DNA of 64,000 nt, from contig JBBPEB010000014.1 in the NCBI GenBank assembly GCA_039096225.1, positions 1,736,001-1,800,000 of the forward strand, read 5' to 3'. Under the pieces are notes generated by a model. The model searched no databases. It worked only from the letters and a program-made list of their open reading frames with translations, and was not told the origin of the DNA. Source of the stretch: Blastocystis sp. Blastoise. Its lineage: Eukaryota; Protista; Bigyra: Opalinata. Shown here one piece after another: positions 60,401 to 64,000 of the stretch. The position numbers and the translations under genes were made by a program. The number at the start of each line of letters is the position of its first letter. Position 1 is the stretch's first letter.

Positions 60401-61424
60401 ATGTCTGCTTCTGATAAAAAAGATCAAGGTAACAAATTCTTTGCTGCTAAGGATTATCCTAAAGCCATTCAGTTATATTCTGAAGCTATTGAAATGGAAC
60501 CTGGCAATCATGTTTTCTATTCCAATCGTGCTCAAGCATATATTTTAATGAACAAATTTGAAGAAGCTGAAAAGGATGGCTTAAAGTGTATAAGCTTAAA
60601 TAAGAATTTCTTAAAGGGTTATCATCGTGCTGCTAAGGCTCAAATCTCTCTCGGTAAATATATCGAAGCTGTCAATACTCTTGAAAACGCTTTAAAGGTT
60701 TTCCCTAATGATGCTACTCTTCTTGATTTATTAAAAACTGCTAAACCTAAGGTATATTGATAGTTATATATTGTTTTTATTTATTTTTATTATTTTATAT
60801 TGTTTTTATAGTGTTTTATTTATTTTATATTGTTTTTATTTATTTTTATTTCAATTTTTAAAAGAAAATAATTTCAAAGTAATACTAATTTTTTATTTTT
60901 CTGCATACTATTTGTATAATGATAAATATATCTGTATATATACTCTATTCAATATATAGGCTGATGAACAAAAAGTTGCTGCTTTATCGGGTATGAGTCC
61001 TTCTGAAAGATATAAGGAAGAAGGAAATACATTCTTTAAACAATCCAAATTCCCTGATGCTATTGCCTCTGTATATATATATATATATATATTTAATAAA
61101 TTTATTTTTAATAATATTTTGTTATTTTTTTTTTGTTTATATATATATATATTTATTGATTATAATTATTAATATATATATAGTATACTAAGGCTATTAA
61201 TAGTATGGATACTTCTGATGATCTTAGCGATTTAGCTATTTCCTGCTTTAATAATAGGTAAATATATATATTTATATTACTTTTTAAAATCTAAATGTAT
61301 ATTGTATTTTTATGTATATATATGAATTATTATTACTTCTATTTTCTATAGAGCTGCTTGTAATCAACAACTTGGTAATTATGAAAGTGTTGTGAGTGAT
61401 TGTACTAGAGTCTTAGAACAAGAC

Positions 61425-61467
<43 letters not shown>

Positions 61468-61918
61468 ATTATTTAATTATTTTTGTATGTTTGCTAAATT
61501 TTTATTTTAGCATTATTATTCTATATATGTATATATATAGCCTAAGAACATGAAGGCTCTTTTAAGACGTGGTCTTGCTTTTGAATCTCTTGAAAGGTAT
61601 TTATTTATTTATTTATTTATATTATAATTATTAGTTTACTATATATTTATATTTTTTTTATATTATATTTCTTCTTCTTCTTCAATTGCTATTATATTTC
61701 CTGTATACTTATTCTTATTCTTCATATAGATATCGTTCTGCTCTTGAAGATATTCGTAATGTTCTCTTACAAAACCCTAATGTCCAAATGGCTAATGAAG
61801 CTCAAGTATATATATATATATATATATATGTTTACAATTTATTAATATTTTATTAATATTTTATTTATAGCATCGTATTAGTAATGCTGTTCGTTTACTT
61901 AAAAAGCAACAAAACTAA
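60401..61918 (+). CDS. Dual TPR-clamp Hsp70/Hsp90 co-chaperone (STI1/Tom34-like)
   Basis: KKDQGNKFF..YSNRAQAY..KGYHRAA and YKEEGNTFFK..FNNRAAC..KALLRRG form two carboxylate-clamp TPR domains. Confidence 0.8.
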
Positions 61919-62620
61919 AGAATACAGTATTCAACAACAATGTGAATAATATCCATGTTACAAAATATTAAAGAATATTATAAAAATAAATAAAAAAAAA
62001 TAAATATGTTTATTCTATCTATTTATGATAGTCATTCTATGAATAATATTCTTTGTTTAGTTAATAAGCCTATTCATTCTTCTATTATTTAATTTTTAAA
62101 ATCAGCTACTTCTAGAGACAATAGGAAATTAGATTTAATTATTTATTATAAATATATGAAGAGTCTGTATAGAGAAGATGAGTCTTTTCTCTTCTCTACT
62201 TTTCAGTCTTCAAATTATTTCATTTTTCTAGAACATAATAACTTATGTATTTTTCATATGAAGCAAATACGACTAATCATGTTCATGAAGACTTTAAGAT
62301 AGTCAAAACTCATAAAAATAACAATATATAGAACTATATACTACTAATTTGACTCAACATAAATTAATCATTTTGTGTATGTAGAATTCATACAAAAGAA
62401 GAGACAATGACAAGATATCATTGTGAAAACATAAAATAGTTTAGAAATAAATACACATCAAGAAAGAAACAATGAATAAGTTGGGATAATCGTGAAAATA
62501 TTCATAGAATACCAGTTCTTTTTATTCATGGTAAACGACGGAGAGTGTCTTCTTTTTGTGGTGAGGTATTTATATAAGAGTCTGTCTTTCTTTCTATATT
62601 CTTAACAATTCGAAATAAAA

Positions 62621-63436
62621 ATGGCTAAGAATTTTGGAAAAAATAACAAACAAGGAAAACAAAAACAAACTATCAACAAATCTCTTGATAGCAAGAAGCC
62701 AATGACAACAAAGAAACAATCTAAAGTTGTTCCTGAAAAGAAACAAATAGCCAAGAAAGAGAAGAAGATTGTCGAAGAGAAACCTATTGAAGAAAAAGTT
62801 GTTGAAGAAAAACCTGAAGTTGAAATTGAAAATTCTGATGAAGAATTATTGAATGATTCTGAAGAACAATCCGAATCTCCTGTTGCTGAAGAAGAAAAGA
62901 AAATAGATTCTGAAGAGGAATCTGAACATTCTGAAGAAGAAAATGAAAAAGTTGATGCTGAAACTGTTGTTGAAAATGAAGATGAAAATAAAAACGATAA
63001 ACAAGAAGAATCCGTATCTACAGATGCTGATTCCCGTGATAATGTTCATGTATATAGATTATATGCTACGTATTCTATATAGTTCTATATATATATAGAT
63101 TGAATCTAAACCTGAAGAAGATGATGGTATTATTATATTTATCCTTATTATTATTATTATTATATATATATAGAAAATAATTGTTTCTTTTCAGATACTC
63201 CTTTTACATCTCTTGAATTATCCGGTATATATATATATAGTTATTTGTAATTTAATGTATTCTATATATATATATTATATATATATAGATTCCCTCCAAA
63301 AGGCTATTACTTCTATGGGATTCACTACAATGACCCCCATTCAGGCGCGAACTATTCCCGCGCTTTTAGCCGGTAAAGATCTCCTTGGTGCTGCTAAGTA
63401 TATATATATTATTATTATTATTATTATTATCTGAGA

Positions 63437-63474
<38 letters not shown>

Positions 63475-64000
63475 TTATGATATATACATATAGAACAGGT
63501 AGTGGTAAGACTCTTGCGTTCCTTCTTCCTGTCATCGAATCCCTTAATAGAATCAAATGGAAACAGAGAGATGGTACAGGTGCAATAATTATATCTCCTA
63601 CTCGTGAATTAGCCCTTCAAACTTATGGTGTGCTGTGTGACCTCCTTAAGGACAGTAATGTCACTCATGGACTCATTATGGGAGGCGCCAATAGGTATAT
63701 ATATATATATACTTATTATAACTATTATGACTATTATATTTATACTTATTATACTATTTAATATACTATAGAATATAAACTAGTTTCTATAGTATTTTAT
63801 TACATATTTATATTTATCCAATTTATGTTATGATATATTTTATTTAATCTATATATATATATATGTATATATATATATAGAAGGAATGAGGCTATAAAGT
63901 TAGAGAAGGGTGTGGGTATAGTTGTAGCTACTCCCGGCCGTCTTCTCGACCATCTCGAAAACACCAAGGGATTCATCTATAAGAATGCTCTATGTCTTGT
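62621..64000 (+). CDS. DDX18: DEAD-box RNA helicase DDX18/HAS1 (3'-partial)
   Basis: [93 protein letters not shown]. Confidence 0.93.

Overview
This is a gene-dense, very AT-rich (about 20% GC by eye) and intron-dense nuclear window from a microbial eukaryote. The taxon cannot be determined from sequence alone. About 25 spliced protein genes could be reconstructed by hand: Beclin-1 (partial), PSMA5, arylsulfatase, FAM21/WASHC2-like, a coiled-coil protein, PABP, an LYR protein, STK19, a small membrane protein, RPP40, two RPS15 copies, a Rad21/Rec8 kleisin, mitochondrial RF1, a PCC-alpha-like protein, a GCNA/SprT-like protein, RRG7, a mitochondrial HAT/TPR protein, RPL18A, transaldolase, LENG1, TAF13, an MRH-domain receptor, a dual-TPR co-chaperone and DDX18/HAS1 (partial). 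Two DNA transposons are present: an intact Tc1 (DD34E) element and a 680-bp non-autonomous hAT-like element 16 bp from the sulfatase start codon. Main observations: (1) at least 13 introns have non-canonical ends that copy the adjoining exon of the spliced mRNA, probably from polishing with spliced reads, otherwise new biology; (2) many introns carry (TA)n at both ends and some are nothing but G(TA)nG, suggesting hairpin-bridged splicing; (3) a strongly over-represented CCCGCGGG/CACGGGAAT motif sits inside exons; (4) an inverted RPS15 pair looks gene-converted; (5) two apparent pseudo-enzymes occur, a PCC-alpha without the biotin lysine and an SprT domain without the catalytic Glu. Most short ORFs in the track are microsatellite artefacts. 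CDS coordinates span introns.
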